NCBI GenBank assembly: GCA_964501355.1
Contig: CAZCSM010000004.1
Location: 3,340 to 67,339 of the forward strand
DNA: 64,000 bases
Direction: 5' to 3'
Origin: an uncultured Candidatus Saccharibacteria bacterium
GTDB lineage: Bacteria; Patescibacteriota; Dojkabacteria; CAZCSM01
Shown here: positions 1-10,393 of the stretch, piece by piece
How positions within the stretch are numbered: the first letter of the stretch is position 1
How the letters are laid out: each line of letters begins with the position of its first letter
Notes under the pieces: model-generated
What the model saw: the letters and a program-made list of their open reading frames with translations, nothing else
The model's database searches: none
Told to the model about the DNA's origin: nothing
Translations under genes and position numbers: made by a program

Positions 1-326
1 TTGATTCAATTTTTTCCAAATATTCAGCAAAATCAACAAATAACATTTTTAAACATATACTAAGTTAAATATTTTCATCTTATCGATTATTTCGTTTCTT
101 TTATATTCCCCTTTGTTACCTGTATTTGGTCGTTCATACATGGGGTCTGGGACAACCTATTCCGGTAGTTATCTGTATTAAGTTGCTATTTGTCGGAACT
201 GGAGAAACCTCTCTGTCTTAACTTTGTTAAGACATCTCTCCTCCAAAGGAGGAAAGTCTTCCCAGAAATTTTGGTTACTTTTGTTTGCAAAAGTAACCAG
301 CAGCAAGCAAACCCCTTTCCGACCAA

Positions 327-533
327 CTAAAAAATCAAATTAACCAATTTCGTCAACGCACCAATAAGCAATACAAACATAAGAAAACCTGAAAATACAA
401 CAGATATGATAAAGTTAGCACGGCTAATCACCTTCTTTTTAGACAAATTCTTAAACCCGCGATACATGCCAAATCCAAGCATTATTACAATACTAATCAT
501 TATCAATGCTGTCAGAAACTCATAAATCCACAT
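327..533 (-). CDS. hypothetical small membrane protein (2 predicted TM helices)
   Basis: 68-aa ORF with two hydrophobic stretches. No recognisable motif. Confidence 0.3.
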   Translation of the reverse strand: MWIYEFLTALIMISIVIMLGFGMYRGFKNLSKKKVISRANFIISVVFSGFLMFVLLIGALTKLVNLIF

Positions 534-538
534 TCAAA

Positions 539-1597
539 TTAATCTCTCAAAATATATCTTGCAGACTTGGTCTTTCCAGTCTTCTTGATCAGGTGTCTAT
601 CAATAAGCACTTTCACATCACGAAGAATCGTATCGTCAGAGAATTTCGGAAGCAAATCCCGCCACTCACTGTTATTAATATAACCATGATCCTGAATAAA
701 GGAAAGAATCTTGACCTGACGATCGGTTAATGCGATTTGCCCCAGTTTCTTTTTAAGTCTCATATCTTGACTTAAGTCTAAGACTCGATTCTTAATTCTC
801 TCAAGTTCCTCTGCCAAGCCCTCACTAAAATATTCCAGCCAAAATGTCATATCGCCTTCCAATTTTTCGACACTTTGCAAAGCCTCATAATATCTTGGCA
901 AATCTCGATCATAATGCTCATCTAGACAAAAGAATCTCTTTATATCATAGCCATCTAACGACAAGCTTAATGTTGCCACGACTCGGGAAGTTCTTCCATT
1001 TGCCTCGACAAATGGGTGTATTCTGGCAATTTGAGTATGTAATATCCCCGACTTGATGACCGGATGTACTCCATTTTTCATCTCAGAATTATACCATTGG
1101 AAGAGACTGTCCAGAAGCTCCGGAACGAATCTTGCATCCGGTGCTCGGTATGAAACTTTTTGAGTTTTTGAATTAACTAGAACCACCGGCACATTTCGAA
1201 AAACGCCTGAATATTTTGCCGGCACAAGATCTTTGCTAATAATCCTGTGTATTTTCAATAAGAGATTTGAGTTAAGTTCCGGGGTCTTTCCCTTCCCTAG
1301 CTCATTATCAATATAGTTTAAGACTTCACGATAGTTCACAATCTCCTTGAAATCGCGAATTCGGACGTCATTTGAATCAAGCTTTCCATGAACAATTTGA
1401 CTTACCTGCTTATATGAAAGAGGATTATTTTCAATGTGTGTAGAATAATGAACCGTACGAACAAGAGCTTCGTTTTGGAAATTACGCTCCCACGCAGGAA
1501 CTAAAGGCGCATTAAGTATTATCGCTCGTGAAGATTCAATACGAGAAATGTTATTTAGGATAGTATTTGTAATTGTATATTTTGGATTAAATTTCAT
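539..1597 (-). CDS. Fic/DOC (Fido) family protein
   Basis: Carries the Fic core motif HPFVEANGRTSR, a variant of HPFx[DE]GNGRxxR. The C-terminal region looks winged-helix-like. 352 aa. Confidence 0.7.
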   Translation of the reverse strand: MKFNPKYTITNTILNNISRIESSRAIILNAPLVPAWERNFQNEALVRTVHYSTHIENNPLSYKQVSQIVHGKLDSNDVRIRDFKEIVNYREVLNYIDNELGKGKTPELNSNLLLKIHRIISKDLVPAKYSGVFRNVPVVLVNSKTQKVSYRAPDARFVPELLDSLFQWYNSEMKNGVHPVIKSGILHTQIARIHPFVEANGRTSRVVATLSLSLDGYDIKRFFCLDEHYDRDLPRYYEALQSVEKLEGDMTFWLEYFSEGLAEELERIKNRVLDLSQDMRLKKKLGQIALTDRQVKILSFIQDHGYINNSEWRDLLPKFSDDTILRDVKVLIDRHLIKKTGKTKSARYILRD

Positions 1598-1612
1598 TTA
1601 TGAGTCAAAGAC

Positions 1613-2323
1613 TTAACTGCATTTCAAATACGAATCCAAATACATCTTTGCATAGTTCACAAATCTCTTTATAACTTTCCAATTATTTCCTCCGTGAGAA
1701 TGGTAAACATCAAGATTGGGTGAATATATAATAGCATAACCCGTATTTATCAATCTTTGTCCCAACAGAGTATCTTCCCCACCACCAAATTTCATCTCCT
1801 CAAATTTCAAATTTTCCTTTTCTAGAACAGATTTTCTAACAGCACAACTTGTACTTTGCAATAACCCCGGTTGTGATTTATTATTAATAACTTGAAATTT
1901 TCTTGGCCAGTATAATCCATCCGCCATGCACATCAATCTCTCAATTAGAGTAGATCTTTCATCATCTTCATACGGATAACATCTACCAAATAATCCAGCC
2001 ACATTTACATTTCCACTCATGCACGATGCAATTTCACCTAAGATATTTTTATGAATTGGAGTAGAATGAGCATTAGTTAAATACACAATATCATATCTTG
2101 CCTTCTCTATCCCCATATTACATGACTTTGCATGAGTGAATTCTTCATTTGAAATATTCACAAGAACTAATCCTTCCGCTGCACAGTACTGCTGAGTTCC
2201 ATCCGTCGATTCATTATCAACAACAACAATTTCGTAATCTTTGAAATCCTGCTTTTTATAAAGGTCTACAAGGTCCCTCAAATACTGCTTTTCATTTTTG
2301 CATCGAATAACAATAGATATCAT
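1613..2323 (-). CDS. glycosyltransferase family 2
   Basis: N-terminal GT-A signature ISIVIRCKNE...EIVVVDNESTDGT with DxD-like acidic residues. 236 aa. Confidence 0.65.
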   Translation of the reverse strand: MISIVIRCKNEKQYLRDLVDLYKKQDFKDYEIVVVDNESTDGTQQYCAAEGLVLVNISNEEFTHAKSCNMGIEKARYDIVYLTNAHSTPIHKNILGEIASCMSGNVNVAGLFGRCYPYEDDERSTLIERLMCMADGLYWPRKFQVINNKSQPGLLQSTSCAVRKSVLEKENLKFEEMKFGGGEDTLLGQRLINTGYAIIYSPNLDVYHSHGGNNWKVIKRFVNYAKMYLDSYLKCS

Positions 2324-2324
2324 G

Positions 2325-3149
2325 CTAACTTATGTTATATTTAAATTTATTTCTGCTCCAAAACCATAGTGGCGAATGAACATCGATTGGGCGAAGATTT
2401 GTTCCATCCAGAAGATTCCTCCACCTTTCTGCAATTTCATCACGCGATAATACATTTGATTCTCCCTTCGTAATCAAACCCAATTTTACAGAAGATTGAA
2501 TCACATGAGTATCTGGCGCAATGCCTATCTTATCAGAATGCAGCAAATCAATGTCACAATACTGCGTAAGAATGTAACTCCAGTAGTTAAAGATCTTTGG
2601 GCCGGATAAATAAGGAAATTCTTTCTTATAATCTCCCCGGACAACTTTCTGTAAGACAAGAAAATCAGATTTACAATAATCTAAAATCAGGTTTTTAAAA
2701 GTTCCCCAATTATTGCTTACCGTTTCTGAAACTCTATACCAGGTGTTAATATGCTTATTCGGTTGCAACGCTAATCGATGTTTCAGAAGTTTTAATCTTA
2801 GTTTTTCTTCCCCGATAGATTTTATATTCCCAATTTCGAAAGCATCATTTGTCGAGTTATCTAAGTATGTATCCGTTGCTGCTCGCCAAAGTTTGAAACT
2901 ATCTCTCTGATAATTCAATGCCATCGGCAAGGTAAAAAACCGCAGTTTTTGTTCCAAAGACTTCTCAAATTCAGGATGACAATCCTCCGGCATTGTTGTA
3001 TCACCCAAATTACCATTTTTATACGCAGTAATAATTTTCTTTACCTTTTGAAAAACTTCATCTTTATTCAAAATCAATTTCCTCCAACTCACATAAATTA
3101 TTTCCAATCTCCACACCAACCGACAACGGAATCGAAAGTTTAATAACAT
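2325..3149 (-). CDS. hypothetical protein, possible HhH-GPD-like base-excision repair fold
   Basis: The segment LSGPKIFNYW...IAPDTHVIQSSVKLGLI resembles the endonuclease III helix-hairpin-helix/'vDTHv.Rv..RlGl' region. The ORF start overlaps the polA 3' end, so the true start is probably internal. Confidence 0.3.
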   Translation of the reverse strand: MLLNFRFRCRLVWRLEIIYVSWRKLILNKDEVFQKVKKIITAYKNGNLGDTTMPEDCHPEFEKSLEQKLRFFTLPMALNYQRDSFKLWRAATDTYLDNSTNDAFEIGNIKSIGEEKLRLKLLKHRLALQPNKHINTWYRVSETVSNNWGTFKNLILDYCKSDFLVLQKVVRGDYKKEFPYLSGPKIFNYWSYILTQYCDIDLLHSDKIGIAPDTHVIQSSVKLGLITKGESNVLSRDEIAERWRNLLDGTNLRPIDVHSPLWFWSRNKFKYNIS

Positions 3150-5913
3150 TCTCCATTGCAGCCTTCATATTTTTCGCAAACTTTACCAAATTTTCACTAA
3201 CTATTTCACCCTCTTTGAATAAATCACTGCGGGATTTTCCTTCCTCTCTATATTCGAAAACAATTTCATCATGAATTTGGAGGAGCATTCTGGCCTCGAC
3301 TTTTTTATTTTCGCTTAGAAACAATTCTAGCGCGTCACTTGCCTCGATCATTGAAACCTTCATAATATCTGAAGCGGAAGACTGCATCGGGAAATTAATC
3401 GAAAATCTTTCTGCAGCTTTTCTTGCAGCAAAATTACTATTATTAATATTTCGAACAAGTGCTTTTCTGCCAAACATTGATTCCAAGTATCCATGCTCAT
3501 GGGCAAGCTCTTTTACCCGATCAATATACTTATGAATTTCCGGATATTCTTCGAAATAACGATCGATAATTTCTGCAGCCTCTTCCGGAGTTGCATTCAT
3601 TTGTTGTGATAAACCGTAGGCAGAAACTCCATAAAGGACTGCAAAATTTACTGTTTTTGCAACTCGACGTTGATCTTTTTTCACTTCTGCAACAGGAACA
3701 TCGAAGATTTCTGCAGCAGTGGCGGCATGAATATCTAAACCATTATTAAACGCAGCAAGCATTTTATCTTCTCCCGCAACATGAGCGGCTAATCGAAGTT
3801 CAATCTGAGAATAGTCAATTGCTACGAATACACTATCTTCTGATGCGATAAAGCATTTCCTAATTTCATTTCCCGATTTTGATCTAATCGGTATATTTTG
3901 TAAATTCGGATTCGAAGAAGACAGCCTACCGGTGATTGCAACAGCCTGATTATATGTGGTATGAATTTTCCCATCTTTTTGAATAAGTGGGAGAAGACCA
4001 TCAACGTAAGTTGAAACAAGTTTTGTCAGCTCACGATATTCTTCGATCGGCTTAATAATTGGATGCAAAGGCCGCAATTCCTCTAAGACTGATGCGGCTG
4101 TTGAATACCCTGTTTTTAATTTCTTCACCGGAGGAAGCTGCAGTTCTACAAAAAGAATATCTGCAAGCTGTCTTGATGAAGCTATGTTAAATTCATGACC
4201 TACAATCTCGTATATTTCCTTTTCAAGTGAAGAAACTTTCTTATCGAATTTTGACTTTAGCTCATGCAAATATGATTCGTCTACCAGAATGCCATTTGAT
4301 TCCATCTGTGCAAGAATCGAAAGTATCGGCATTTCCACTTTATAGAACAGATCTTTGACACCAACTCGATAATCGGGAAGAGCCATGAACTTTTCAAATT
4401 CGCCCTTTACCAGTTTCTTCCAAACTAATCCTGCAATTTTATCCTCTTCCTCAAGTCTCTTTTTTAAAATAGGTTGCAGCTTTGAAATAACAGAGACCAT
4501 TTTCCCACTATAACTTTCGATCAAAACAATACTCGTCGGCTTTTTATCTTCAACAACAGTCCCAAGTTCGGAAAAAGCCAAAGAACGAAGATCTAAATTG
4601 CCGCCGCTGAAACCAAGCAGATACGCAGCCAGCATAATATCAAATGTCATTCTGTGTGCCGAAATTCCGAGTTTCTCTAAAACGTGTAGATCAGATTTGA
4701 TATCATATCCGCATTTCTCGACTTCTATATTTTCGAAGAGAGTCTTAAAAGATGACAATGCGTTTCCCTTAATAATCTGGGCAGGAAGAACATACGACTC
4801 TTCCTCTTCAAAGTTTACAGATAGACATTCAAGTTCATTTTCTGCATTGATGCAGATGTGATATGAAAACGACTTTACGGAATTGGCCTTATCGAAGAAT
4901 TTCTCAACCTCAATTTGGTTCTGCAAAACTTTAGTATCCGTCGAGGATTGTTCCTGAATAGCTTCGGAAGAAAATAGTCCAATCTGAGTCTTATTTTTAC
5001 TCTCTCTGGTAGATTGAGGTAATCTTTTGATTAACGACCTGAACTGTAGTTCTTGAAAAAGATTGAGCACAGAATCTTTGTCATAGTCTGCTAGCACCGA
5101 ATCTTCATAATTTAAAGTGATTGGCACATCGGTAACAATTGTAGCTAGTTGTTTACTCATTATCGCAGATTCATGCTCCTCCGCAAACTTCTTGGCATAT
5201 CGTGATGGAACCTTGTCTAGATTTTCATAAATGTTCTCGACCGTACCAAACTCTTGCAGAAGGGTTGTCGCCCCTTTATCACCAACACCTTTAACTCCTG
5301 GAATTTCATCTGACGGATCTCCTGCAATTGCCTTGAGATCTATTATCTGTTTTGGCGCTAAACCGAAGCGTTCTTTCACTTCTTCAATTCCGTATAGCTT
5401 CATGTCTTTGAAAGTTTTCCCCGGCAACCAAACCTTTGTGTTTGCATCAATAAGTTGCAATGCATCTTTGTCACCCGTAACGATAATTGTGTTTACCTGA
5501 TTTTGGGGATCAAGTTCATCAATCTGACGACAAAGCGTTCCTATGACATCATCTGCTTCATAGCCCTCTACTGCAAATATGGGAATGTTCAATGCCTCTA
5601 CAACCTGTCTAACTCTGGCAAATTGGGGTTTCATCTCTTCATCCGGCTCACGGCGATTCGCCTTGTAACCGATGTACTCAAGATGGCGAAATGTTGGTTT
5701 TGGAAGATCAAATGCACAGGCGATATACGTCGGTTTTATCGTTTCCAGAACGTTGAATAGCATTGAGGTGAATCCATAAACAGCATTTACTTGCTCACCG
5801 GAAACGGTCGTTAAGGTTGAAGGATATGCATGGTATGCTCTGTGAATCAGAGCATTTGAATCAATTAATGCGAAGATTTCTTTACCATTATTATTGAAAT
5901 GCGCAACAGCCAT
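3064..5913 (-). CDS. polA: DNA polymerase I
   Basis: 949 aa. N-terminal 5'-3' exonuclease/FEN domain and a C-terminal family-A polymerase with motif B RRVAKTVNFAVLYG and motif C QIHDEIVFE. Confidence 0.9.
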   Translation of the reverse strand: MAVAHFNNNGKEIFALIDSNALIHRAYHAYPSTLTTVSGEQVNAVYGFTSMLFNVLETIKPTYIACAFDLPKPTFRHLEYIGYKANRREPDEEMKPQFARVRQVVEALNIPIFAVEGYEADDVIGTLCRQIDELDPQNQVNTIIVTGDKDALQLIDANTKVWLPGKTFKDMKLYGIEEVKERFGLAPKQIIDLKAIAGDPSDEIPGVKGVGDKGATTLLQEFGTVENIYENLDKVPSRYAKKFAEEHESAIMSKQLATIVTDVPITLNYEDSVLADYDKDSVLNLFQELQFRSLIKRLPQSTRESKNKTQIGLFSSEAIQEQSSTDTKVLQNQIEVEKFFDKANSVKSFSYHICINAENELECLSVNFEEEESYVLPAQIIKGNALSSFKTLFENIEVEKCGYDIKSDLHVLEKLGISAHRMTFDIMLAAYLLGFSGGNLDLRSLAFSELGTVVEDKKPTSIVLIESYSGKMVSVISKLQPILKKRLEEEDKIAGLVWKKLVKGEFEKFMALPDYRVGVKDLFYKVEMPILSILAQMESNGILVDESYLHELKSKFDKKVSSLEKEIYEIVGHEFNIASSRQLADILFVELQLPPVKKLKTGYSTAASVLEELRPLHPIIKPIEEYRELTKLVSTYVDGLLPLIQKDGKIHTTYNQAVAITGRLSSSNPNLQNIPIRSKSGNEIRKCFIASEDSVFVAIDYSQIELRLAAHVAGEDKMLAAFNNGLDIHAATAAEIFDVPVAEVKKDQRRVAKTVNFAVLYGVSAYGLSQQMNATPEEAAEIIDRYFEEYPEIHKYIDRVKELAHEHGYLESMFGRKALVRNINNSNFAARKAAERFSINFPMQSSASDIMKVSMIEASDALELFLSENKKVEARMLLQIHDEIVFEYREEGKSRSDLFKEGEIVSENLVKFAKNMKAAMENVIKLSIPLSVGVEIGNNLCELEEIDFE

Positions 5914-5974
5914 AAAAAAATAGGAGTAGAATAATCTACTCCTATTGTACTATAAATTATTAAGTTAGTGTAAA

Positions 5975-6247
5975 TTAACCCTCTTGTACATCTCCTCGAT
6001 AACAAACACGAGAGAAAGCTTTAGATCCTGCTGTAGGTCTAAACGTACACCCGTTTTCACTCTCAGGCACAAGAATCTCTGCAAATAATTTGCCATCATG
6101 TTTAAGTTCAATCAGAGCGTGATTTAGTCCTCCTCCTGTTACATCAGTAACAATAAACCCAAAATCTTCAAAAGGCATCCTTTCACCATCGCGAAGGACT
6201 ACTGGCTCTTGCCCTCCAGGAATATACACTTCCGTACACATAAACAA
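5975..6247 (-). CDS. hypothetical small protein, possibly cupin-like (weak resemblance to DUF1255/Ppnp)
   Basis: 90-aa ORF that is locally more GC-rich than its surroundings. Weak similarity to YaiE-like small cupins (VP..E...F......S..CY). Tentative only. Confidence 0.25.
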   Translation of the reverse strand: MFMCTEVYIPGGQEPVVLRDGERMPFEDFGFIVTDVTGGGLNHALIELKHDGKLFAEILVPESENGCTFRPTAGSKAFSRVCYRGDVQEG

Positions 6248-6405
6248 AAAAATCTGATTTATTTGCGCAGATTTTACAAGAAGAAGAAGAAGAAGAAACT
6301 GTCAATACTAGAGGATAAACAAGCATTTTTCAATTATCAATTTTCATCTTTTACAAAAGAAAAAGATTCGCTGTGTCAGACATAGATTTCAAGGACAATA
6401 CATTT

Positions 6406-6439
6406 ACAAAAGTAGGAACGCGCCATGGCGCGTTCCTAC
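6406..6439 (-). terminator. rho-independent terminator downstream of ftsH
   Basis: Perfect 28-bp palindrome GTAGGAACGCGCCATGGCGCGTTCCTAC, followed by a T-run on the minus strand. Confidence 0.5.
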
Positions 6440-6463
6440 AAACTATTTACTACTCTCTACTAA

Positions 6464-8320
6464 CTATTTACTTTTCTTCAAATAATCTTCCACAAACTTA
6501 TCATACTCCTCCATATCCATAACCTCTTTATCAAGAAGTTCTTTTGATAAGCTATCAAGAAGTTCTCTATGTTTCGTCAAAATATCAGTCGCGGTCTGCC
6601 AAGCCTTTTTAATAATAGCTTCGACTTCTTCATCAATGTCCTTTGCTGTCTCTTCAGAATAGTCCTTTCCCATGCCGTATCCATAGCCCAACGCTTCGCT
6701 TTCGTCATCCTGCCCGTATTTAACCATACCAAGTTTCTTGCTCATACCATACTGCTTCACCATATTTCTTGCAAGTTTCGAAGCGTTGGCAATGTCAGAA
6801 GACGCACCTGTCGTAACGTCACCAAAAACAAGCTCTTCTGCAGCATTACCTGCCATATCAATTGCAATTCTAGAGAGAAGCTTTGTCTTTGTTCGAAAAG
6901 TTTCATCCTTCTCTGGAAGCATCATAGTAACACCGGCAGCTCGTCCTCGAGTAATAATTGAAATCTTATGAACAGGATCAGATTCCGGAACAAATTTAGA
7001 AACAATTGCATGTCCTGATTCATGATATGCAGTAATTTCAAGATCTCTTTTTCCTTTCTTTCTATGCTTCTCTCGCCCCATTTGTACACGAACAGAAGCC
7101 TCTTCAATCTCACTAAATCCAATTTTATCCTTACCTCTTTGAACAGCCAATATCGCAGATTCGTTAAGCATGTTCTCAATATCAGCACCAGAGAAGCCAA
7201 CGGTTCTTCTCGCAATTCGCTCGAAGTCAACATCTTCCTCAACTGGTTTATTTTTTGCATGAATCTTTATAATTTCTTCACGACCCTGTACATCGGGAAG
7301 TTCCAAATAAACATGTCTGTCAAATCTACCAGGTCTAAGAAGGGCCGGATCGAGAACATCTGGTCTATTTGTTGCAGCTAGGACAATTACGTTATCATTC
7401 TTTTCGAAACCATCCATCTCAACAAGAATCTGATTCAACGTCTGCTCAGTTGCTCCGGAAGTAACATTTGTACCTCTTTTACGAGCTACAGCATCAATCT
7501 CATCAATGAAGATAATACAAGGTGATGCTTTCTTTGCTTTTTCGAATAAATCTCGAACACGAGAAGCACCCGCACCGACAAGCATTTCCTCAAATTCTGC
7601 ACCTGAAGTATGAAAGAATGGGACACCTGCTTCACCGGCAATTGCTCGAGCGAGCAAAGTTTTACCGGTTCCCGGAGGCCCGAAAAGAAGCATTCCCTTT
7701 GGAATTCTTGCTCCCATTTTTGAGAACTTCTTTGGATTCTTCAAAAACTCAACAACCTCTTCGAGCTCATCCTTCGCCTCATCACAACCCGCAACGCTTT
7801 TAAATGTTACATCCGGTTTTTTGCCAAAAATCATTCTTGCCTTGCTTTTGCCAAATTCAAAAATCTTTCCACCTGCACCTTGCATATTCTTGAGGAAAAT
7901 AACAATTAAAACAACAGTTCCTCCAAGAAGCAAAATATTTAAAATATCAGAAAAGTTAATTCTGAAAGTTGGAACATACTCAATTTTCACTTCAGACTGA
8001 GTAATATCAATACCTTCCTCATCCTGAAGAACTTTAACAATATCAAAACCGGGCTGAGTAAGGGCGTATACCATAGTCCCATCCAGCTTTTCAATCTCCA
8101 CCTTGTCATCACGAATCCGAACTTCATTTACGTTCTCCTCTTTTACCTCTCGAATAACATCATTTAATCCGACGAGCTCAGACTCTTTGTACCCTGCAAA
8201 AAAGTTGAATAGCGTAATTGCTATTATTACGGAAATTACAATTGTCGTAATTGAAAGACCCCTTCTCTTCGAAGGCAACTTTACTCTGACAATATTGGGA
8301 TTCTTCGTATTCTCTGCCAT
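6464..8320 (-). CDS. ftsH: ATP-dependent zinc metalloprotease FtsH
   Basis: N-terminal TM, AAA+ Walker A GPPGTGKT, second region of homology, and zinc motif HESGHA. 618 aa. Confidence 0.9.
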   Translation of the reverse strand: MAENTKNPNIVRVKLPSKRRGLSITTIVISVIIAITLFNFFAGYKESELVGLNDVIREVKEENVNEVRIRDDKVEIEKLDGTMVYALTQPGFDIVKVLQDEEGIDITQSEVKIEYVPTFRINFSDILNILLLGGTVVLIVIFLKNMQGAGGKIFEFGKSKARMIFGKKPDVTFKSVAGCDEAKDELEEVVEFLKNPKKFSKMGARIPKGMLLFGPPGTGKTLLARAIAGEAGVPFFHTSGAEFEEMLVGAGASRVRDLFEKAKKASPCIIFIDEIDAVARKRGTNVTSGATEQTLNQILVEMDGFEKNDNVIVLAATNRPDVLDPALLRPGRFDRHVYLELPDVQGREEIIKIHAKNKPVEEDVDFERIARRTVGFSGADIENMLNESAILAVQRGKDKIGFSEIEEASVRVQMGREKHRKKGKRDLEITAYHESGHAIVSKFVPESDPVHKISIITRGRAAGVTMMLPEKDETFRTKTKLLSRIAIDMAGNAAEELVFGDVTTGASSDIANASKLARNMVKQYGMSKKLGMVKYGQDDESEALGYGYGMGKDYSEETAKDIDEEVEAIIKKAWQTATDILTKHRELLDSLSKELLDKEVMDMEEYDKFVEDYLKKSK

Positions 8321-8480
8321 AACTTTAATAAAAAACTGATTAATAAACTAACAAGATGATTGTACCGTTATTGCGCACAATTAACAAGAATTTCAAGAAC
8401 AAGTTACAGTGTTAGTAACAGGAACAAAGAACTTTATCAATTAAAGGTGAAGTTTTAAAGATCTCTCAAAATCACAAAAT

Positions 8481-8650
8481 CCAAGCATCAATTTCCAAAC
8501 AAATTACAATTACCCAAACAACAAATTCAAAACAAATCGGAATAATAACATTTTTGCAAAATAGTTTGAAAATGTTTGAGGTTTAAAATTTGTGATTTGG
8601 TATTTATTTGGAACTTGAGATTTATTATTTGGAATTTGAGCAAGCGAAGC
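8481..8650. repeat. intergenic element shared with 44101..44290 (copy 1, upstream of ftsH)
   Basis: A 26-nt identical core, CAATTTCCAAACAAATTACAATTACC (8489..8514). Collinear similar blocks follow (AAAATGTTTGAGGTTT…GATTTG…ATTTATTTG…TATTTGGAATTTGAG). Confidence 0.6.
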
Positions 8651-8658
8651 TTGCATAG

Positions 8659-8737
8659 TGGTGGTGACGAGTGGAATCGAACCACCGACCTAGGGCTTAT
8701 GAGTCCCTCGCTCTAACCAACTGAGCTACATCACCAC
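8659..8737 (-). tRNA. tRNA with anticodon CAT (elongator Met or lysidine-Ile2)
   Basis: The reverse complement folds as a cloverleaf, GTGGTGATGTAGCTCAGTTGGTTAGAGCGAGGGACTCATAAGCCC...TCGTCACCACCA, with anticodon loop CTCATAA. Confidence 0.8.
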
Positions 8738-8767
8738 AAACTTTTATTAGGTTAGAAAGATCATAAA

Positions 8768-8842
8768 TGGTTGCGGGGGACGGATTTGAACCATCGACCT
8801 TCAGGTTATGAGCCTGACGAGCTGCCACTGCTCCACCCCGCG
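8768..8842 (-). tRNA. initiator tRNA-fMet (CAT)
   Basis: The reverse complement, CGCGGGGTGGAGCAG...GGCTCATAACC...GGTTCAAATCC...CCCCGCAACCA, is near-identical in design to E. coli tRNA-fMet, including the C1 mismatch and the CCCCGC 3' acceptor end. Confidence 0.8.
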
Positions 8843-8891
8843 TTAGTGCACAAAGGAATATACAATATATGGGCATGAAAGTAAAGGAACG

Positions 8892-9305
8892 TTAGAGAAT
8901 CAAGTTCAACCAATTTCTAATATCTGGGGAAACTTCTGAATCATCATTCTCCGTTGTCGACTCATTAGAAACATTGCTGAAAACTCCTTCTGGAACAACT
9001 AGTATTGAATCGCCCTCATTTGCAAGATTCAAATAATCTCGAGACTGAGCCTCTATAAAATCCAAAGAAGAGAACCAATCAAGGTCTGCTCGCAATTGAT
9101 CTTCCTGCAATTTCAAAGCATTCAATTTATCAACCTCGTTTTGGATTAGGTTATATCTTTCAATACCAAGCTTAATAACACCAAAGATGTTTACAGCAAA
9201 AAAGCCTACACCTATAACGCAAGTTATATTTACTATAATTCCCATAATTGAAACTTTTGGGAAGCTGACATCCTTCAAATATTTTCCTATTAATCCGCCT
9301 CGCAT
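8892..9305 (-). CDS. hypothetical membrane protein with coiled coil (FtsB/DivIC-like architecture)
   Basis: Single N-terminal TM helix followed by a coiled-coil segment (LNALKLQEDQLRADLDW). Architecture only. Confidence 0.3.
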   Translation of the reverse strand: MRGGLIGKYLKDVSFPKVSIMGIIVNITCVIGVGFFAVNIFGVIKLGIERYNLIQNEVDKLNALKLQEDQLRADLDWFSSLDFIEAQSRDYLNLANEGDSILVVPEGVFSNVSNESTTENDDSEVSPDIRNWLNLIL

Positions 9306-9345
9306 ATTATCCTGTAGTCTTATTTATTGACTAATCACATATTAA

Positions 9346-10281
9346 GTGTTATTATCCAAACAACTGTCCTACTGCATAAACGCCCCTGATATTTATAATT
9401 TCTTTGATTTTGAGATGATTGATACACAAGAAACCGTTAACTTATTTATAAAGCAGCTGGAGACAGAAGGCAAGTCCAACTCGACCCTTCTTGCATATGG
9501 AAAAGACATTGAACAGTTCATTGAGCTTATTAACAAGATACATCTTGATACTCTCGATGAACTAGAGGAAGAACATATTAAACTCTTCTTGGAGTCTTTA
9601 GAAAAGCAGAACTATACGCCGAAAAGTATCTCAAGAAAACTTAATAGCATCAGAACCTTTTGCAAGATTATGAATGAAAAAGGATTGATGATTAAGAACC
9701 CTTCAAGTGTTGTATCTCATCCAAAGATTGAAGTAAAAGAACCACGAGTTCTAACGGAACTTGAATACAGAGCATTAAGAGATGTTTGCAGAAGAGATCA
9801 AAGACTTTACACAATAATCGAGCTAATGCTTCAAACAGGAATTCGAATTGGAGAATTAGCAAGACTTAAACTTGAAGAACTAAAGTTAGAAAAGAAATCC
9901 GGAGAGATCTTTATTCGAGCATATGGTAGCAATGGAGAGAGAACAATCCCTCTTAATGATACAGCAGCTTTATCACTATCAGACTATTTGAAGGAAAGAT
10001 ACCAAACAGAAAACACCGCAGTCTTTGTAACCAAAACAGGACGGCCCCTACTCGTTCGAAACATCAGAACTTCTGTAAACAGAGCTTTCAAGAAAGCCGG
10101 CATTGAAAATGCAAAAGTGAATGATTTAAGAAACACTTTTATCGCACACAACCTTGCAAAGGGAGCGGATCTTGTTAGAATCTCTCAAATCGTAGGACAT
10201 AAGAGAATATCAACAACTGAGAAGTATTTAGATCTTATTAAAAGCGACGAGCAGAACAAAACAAAACTAGAAGAACTGTAA
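9346..10281 (+). CDS. tyrosine site-specific recombinase (XerC/XerD/integrase family)
   Basis: N-terminal SAM-like core-binding domain. C-terminal catalytic motifs R...HNLAKGADLVRISQIVGHKRISTTEKY (H-x-x-R ... Y). Lies next to the twin tRNA-Met genes. The true start is probably the internal Met at about 9411. Confidence 0.75.
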   Translation: MLLSKQLSYCINAPDIYNFFDFEMIDTQETVNLFIKQLETEGKSNSTLLAYGKDIEQFIELINKIHLDTLDELEEEHIKLFLESLEKQNYTPKSISRKLNSIRTFCKIMNEKGLMIKNPSSVVSHPKIEVKEPRVLTELEYRALRDVCRRDQRLYTIIELMLQTGIRIGELARLKLEELKLEKKSGEIFIRAYGSNGERTIPLNDTAALSLSDYLKERYQTENTAVFVTKTGRPLLVRNIRTSVNRAFKKAGIENAKVNDLRNTFIAHNLAKGADLVRISQIVGHKRISTTEKYLDLIKSDEQNKTKLEEL

Positions 10282-10393
10282 CCACACAGAAAAACAATCA
10301 AACTAAGTCCGCATACAGCGGACTTTTTGATACTCATTGAAATTCATCCTTAATAACAATAATATAATATTGCATTAATTTATTATTAACAGG

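Noticed and set aside
6281-6298. (GAA)6 microsatellite in the ftsH-polA intergenic region
   Set aside because: A short simple-sequence run in AT-rich intergenic DNA, with no evidence of function.
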